Assembly: GCA_963810935.1 (NCBI GenBank)
Contig: CAWEPK010000008.1
Coordinates: forward strand, 288,001 to 352,000
Length of the DNA: 64,000 bases
Origin: an uncultured delta proteobacterium
GTDB lineage: Bacteria > Desulfobacterota > Syntrophorhabdia > Syntrophorhabdales > WCHB1-27
Direction: 5' to 3'
The number at the start of each line of letters is the position of its first letter. Position 1 is the stretch's first letter. The translations under genes and the position numbers were made by a program. Below are positions 60,601 to 64,000 of the stretch, in pieces. The notes beneath the pieces are model-generated. The model was not told the origin of the DNA and did not search any database. It saw nothing but the letters and a program-made list of their open reading frames with translations.

Positions 60601-60933
60601 ATGCAAATTATCCTGAAAGCGTTCCTCAGCCTCGTAGTAATCTTCGCGGCCACAGGCGCAGCGAAGAGGCTGCCCGCAGCAGGTGGGCTCATAGCCACTA
60701 TGCCGTTGGCGGGGGCTCTGGTACTGGTCTGGGTCTACCTGGAAAACAGCGGCGAGAAAGGTATCATGCAGGTCTTCTCGAAAGGCGCGCTATGGGGCAT
60801 ACTTCCCAGCATAGCCTTCTACCTCGTGGCGTTTATCTGCTTCAAGTGGGAGCGGTCGCTCGCAGTGACGCTCATCGCCGGCTTCGCTGCCTGGGGCCTG
60901 GCTGCGCTCATACACCAGTCTCTCATAAGGTAG
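60601..60933 (+). CDS. DUF3147-like small membrane protein
   Basis: AKR.P..GGLIATMPL; four hydrophobic segments. Confidence 0.65.
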   Translation: MQIILKAFLSLVVIFAATGAAKRLPAAGGLIATMPLAGALVLVWVYLENSGEKGIMQVFSKGALWGILPSIAFYLVAFICFKWERSLAVTLIAGFAAWGLAALIHQSLIR

Positions 60934-60952
60934 TAAAGGGCATAGTACCGGG

Positions 60953-62257
60953 CTATCGCATGTTCCTCGGCTGTCCGGTGAGAGCCAGCACGTTCTCCCA
61001 CAGCCATCCGTGTTCTTCGATCTTCTTGCGCTGCGACACCGCGAGCGGGATGGGCACGTGCGTAAACTGGTTGCGCCAGTGGCCTACGACCATGTTCGTC
61101 CTGCCGCTCATGGCTGCGTGGACGGCCTGAAACCCCAGCAAGAGGCAGTAACCCGAATCGTCCGCTTCCGCGAGCACGCTCCTGATCGTGTAGCTCGGGT
61201 CGATATATTTAAGGTTCAATGTCATGCCTATCTCGTTGAAGTAGTCCTTGATACGGTCGCGCAATACGATCCCCACGTCGCCGTACCGTATGTTCCCCGA
61301 GGCGTCGAGCTCCTCCTCTCCGGACATGATGTTACGGCCCGCGCCCTCCGCTACGACGACGACTGCATGGCCCCTGTTAACGAGCCGTTCTTTCAGTGCC
61401 TTGAGAAAAGCGTTCATGGTAAACGGGACCTCGGGGACGAGACAAAAATTGACCTCGCTGGCCGTGATCGCGGCGTATGCGGCGATGAAGCCCGCTTCGC
61501 GCCCCATGAGCTTCACTACGGCGACGCCGTTTCTGTATCCCCGCGCTTCGTTGTGGGCGGCCATGACAGCCTTCCTGGCCTCTGCCCCGGCCGTGAAGAA
61601 ACCGAACGAGCGGTCTATATATGAGATGTCGTTATCTATGGTCTTCGGGATCCCGATGACCGATATGCGCAGCCTTCTCCGCTCGATCTCTTCGCTTATG
61701 GTCCCCGCGCCCCTTAACGTGCCGTCGCCCCCTATGGTAAATAGTACGCCGATGCCCAGCCGCTCCAGCGTATCTACCATCTCGCCGACGTCCTGCGGAC
61801 CGCGCGAAGAGCCGAGGAACGTGCCGCCGACCCTGTTGATGTCTGCTACCATCTGGGGGGTAAGCCTGAGCGCCTCGGGCGCGTAACGGGCGGTAAGCCC
61901 CTCGTAACCGTTCATGAAGCCGTAGACCTCGGTGACGCCGTAATGATGGTAAAGGCTCAGGACGGTCGAGCGGATAACATCGTTGATGCCCGGGCAAAGG
62001 CCGCCGCAGGTCAGTATGCCGCACTTCAGACCGGCAGGGTTGAAGAAGATCTGTTGCCTCGGCCCCGCTGCCTCCATGGCCGGCGGCTCGAGCCCTGCAT
62101 CGATGTACGGCCTTAAATCCGCCGGGTCGCCATGGAAGAGCACGCGCCGGCTTTCCGATACGTACCTTTGTGTCGCGTGCGGCGATGGGATCTCGCACGG
62201 CCCCAACCTCTCCACGGCAAAATCCAGCGGGCTTACGCCTGTCAGCTTATCGGGCAT
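60953..62257 (-). CDS. pfkA: 6-phosphofructokinase, probably ATP-dependent clade X
   Basis: TCGGLCPG, GGDGT (Gly at the phosphoryl-donor position), PKTIDND, KLMGR. Confidence 0.92.
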   Translation of the reverse strand: MPDKLTGVSPLDFAVERLGPCEIPSPHATQRYVSESRRVLFHGDPADLRPYIDAGLEPPAMEAAGPRQQIFFNPAGLKCGILTCGGLCPGINDVIRSTVLSLYHHYGVTEVYGFMNGYEGLTARYAPEALRLTPQMVADINRVGGTFLGSSRGPQDVGEMVDTLERLGIGVLFTIGGDGTLRGAGTISEEIERRRLRISVIGIPKTIDNDISYIDRSFGFFTAGAEARKAVMAAHNEARGYRNGVAVVKLMGREAGFIAAYAAITASEVNFCLVPEVPFTMNAFLKALKERLVNRGHAVVVVAEGAGRNIMSGEEELDASGNIRYGDVGIVLRDRIKDYFNEIGMTLNLKYIDPSYTIRSVLAEADDSGYCLLLGFQAVHAAMSGRTNMVVGHWRNQFTHVPIPLAVSQRKKIEEHGWLWENVLALTGQPRNMR

Positions 62258-62524
62258 GAACTCTATCCTCTCCCTTTCCCCTCTTTATTATCGGACGACC
62301 CAAAGCCGGCTTTAGGTGGGGTCAGATGTGGTAATGTAAAATAAAAAGTGAATATTTTCAAATGAAGTCATGTTAGGCGATTCAAATAAGGCGAAACAAG
62401 CTCGAACACCCATCGGCGATTTCGGGGAAGTTTTTTCCGACCAGAAGGAAATAATTTCCCCTTTTACTGACTCGGCTCGTCCGAAAAACACGATCTTTCC
62501 GGCACATCCGATATCCGTACGCTG

Positions 62525-62540
62525 TGGTGCGCGGCTTGCA
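62525..62540 (+). promoter_or_regulatory. sigma54 (-24/-12) promoter of fliA
   Basis: TGGTGCG-CGGC-TTGCA (GG-N10-GC); candidate enhancer palindrome TCGG-N11-CCGA at 62422-62440. Confidence 0.6.
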
Positions 62541-62662
62541 TAGTCTCCCGCAACGGTTGAACAAGTGAGGACGGGGCTGTTCCTCGATTGACCGCTTCCG
62601 GTGCAGAAACAATCTGTTCCCGGCGGTCGGTCTTGTGAAAACAAGATAACGAGGAGACAGCC

Positions 62663-63412
62663 ATGCACGTATCGGGTACCTCTGCCAACTCTCACATTCA
62701 CACGGAAATCGAAAAAGATATCATCGAGGAGTTCCTTCCAGTCATCAAACACCTTGCATATAAAACAGCAAAAGGGCCTGAGCACGAGAACGTCCTGGAC
62801 GACCTCGTCTCTGCCGGCATAATCGGCCTCCTGGAGGCAATAGAGAAATATGATCCCGGCAGGGGGGCAAAGCTGAATACCTTCGCCTATCTGAGGATCA
62901 GGGGGGCGATGATAGACGAGCTGCGGTCGAGGGACTGGTTTCCCCGGAGCGCCAGGACCAAGGCAAAGAAGATACAAGAAGTCTCCAGGAAGCTCGCGCA
63001 CGAGATGGGCAGGCGCCCGGAGGACGAGGAAATGGCTCGGGAAATGAACATGGAGATAGATCCCTACCTTTCCATGTTGAGAAGCTGCCACAACCTCTCC
63101 GTAGTCAGCATAGAAGGCCTGAGCGATGAGGCCGGGGAGAGCAGGGACACGGTCATCGGTTACGTCCGCGAGGATGACGAGGATCCGGAGGAGCATGCCG
63201 AGTCGCACGAGTTGAAGAGGATACTCGCCGAGGAGCTCGAAAAGCTGTCGGAGAAAGAAAGGACGATCCTCGCGCGATATTACTATCAGGACATGAAGAT
63301 GAGGGAGATAGCCATGACGCTCGGGGTGACCGAGGCGCGCGTATGCCAACTGCACGCGCAGGCCATCGCCAACCTCAGGCCTTTGATGAGCAAATATTTT
63401 CAAGGTAGGTAA
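62663..63412 (+). CDS. fliA: FliA/WhiG family sigma factor (sigma28)
   Basis: DDLVSAGIIGLL, TFAYLRIRGAMIDELRSRDW.PRS, GVTEARVCQLHAQA. Confidence 0.92.
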   Translation: MHVSGTSANSHIHTEIEKDIIEEFLPVIKHLAYKTAKGPEHENVLDDLVSAGIIGLLEAIEKYDPGRGAKLNTFAYLRIRGAMIDELRSRDWFPRSARTKAKKIQEVSRKLAHEMGRRPEDEEMAREMNMEIDPYLSMLRSCHNLSVVSIEGLSDEAGESRDTVIGYVREDDEDPEEHAESHELKRILAEELEKLSEKERTILARYYYQDMKMREIAMTLGVTEARVCQLHAQAIANLRPLMSKYFQGR

Positions 63413-63413
63413 T

Positions 63414-64000
63414 TCAATTATTGATGATCTCGAATTTGTACCCAACTCCATAAAGTGAGTGGATGAGTCTCGCCTCGGGGTTTACGTTCTCGATCTTTCT
63501 ACGCAGCTTCTTGATGTGACTGTCGATGGTGCGGTCGCTCACGATGCGCCCGTCCGGATATATCTCGTCCATAAGCTCGTCCCGCTTGTATATCCGTCCG
63601 GGGCTATTGGTCAGGACCATGAGCAGCTTGAACTCCACGGCAGTCAGATCGAGTCTGCGGCCATCAAGCGTTGCCACGTAATTGAGCTCGTCCAGGAGAA
63701 GTCCGCATGCCGCCGGCGTGCGGCCGTCGAAGGTCCTGCGCAGGACTGCCTTGACGCGCGCGATCACTTCACGGGGGCTGATAGGCTTGCAGATATAATC
63801 GTCTGCACCGAGTTCGAGCCCGAGAAGCCGGTCGATCTCCTCGACACGGGCGGTTATAATTATGATGGGCACCTTCGAAAAGGTACGAATGTCTTTACAG
63901 ACCTCCAAGCCGTCGCGACCGGGCAGCATCAGATCAAGCAGGATGAGATCGGGCTGATGCTTGCGCACCCACGGCACGACCAGCTGCGCCGTTCTTAAGG
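63414..64000 (-). CDS. baeR: OmpR-family response regulator, BaeR-like (5' end outside window)
   Basis: DLILLDLMLPG, ARVEEIDRLLGLELGADDYICKP, VSDRTIDSHIKKLR. Confidence 0.88.
   Translation of the reverse strand, partial: LRTAQLVVPWVRKHQPDLILLDLMLPGRDGLEVCKDIRTFSKVPIIIITARVEEIDRLLGLELGADDYICKPISPREVIARVKAVLRRTFDGRTPAACGLLLDELNYVATLDGRRLDLTAVEFKLLMVLTNSPGRIYKRDELMDEIYPDGRIVSDRTIDSHIKKLRRKIENVNPEARLIHSLYGVGYKFEIINN

Overview
GC-rich bacterial chromosome segment. Gene content (Re-citrate-synthase-like gene, RNase Y-ymdB-tyrS, glyQS-ppdK, Mo-hydroxylase, rubrerythrin-like protein, CooC) points to an anaerobic deltaproteobacterium/Desulfobacterota, probably Syntrophorhabdus/Syntrophus-like (inference). 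Most of the window is housekeeping or metabolic: xdh-type trimer-hyi-glxR, an Mla/Pqi (MCE) operon, a PAS kinase, an MCP, aspS, prfB with its programmed +1 frameshift, zapB-zapA-6S RNA-rny-ymdB-tyrS, bioFAD, acn-icd, cooC-plsC-ftsK-lolA-recO-glyQS-ppdK-queH, pfkA, fliA and a baeR-like regulator. The most interesting signals are intergenic. (1) A 110-bp tandem structured repeat at 29979-30201 has plus-strand G-U/compensatory changes and ends in a plus-strand terminator-like hairpin between two minus-strand genes (candidate ncRNA). (2) A dispersed palindromic repeat family is present, and one copy is split by a ~1-kb AT-richer insert bounded by an 11-bp direct repeat and carrying a putatively autoregulated ribbon-helix-helix gene. 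(3) sigma28-like promoters precede both the MCP and the Mla/Pqi operon, and a sigma54-like promoter precedes fliA. (4) An islet holds two orphan antitoxins. Four or five single-base insertions break ORFs (mlaF twice, a membrane protein, zapB, possibly baeR) and are most likely consensus errors. No CRISPR array, tRNA, rRNA, integrase or transposase was recognised.
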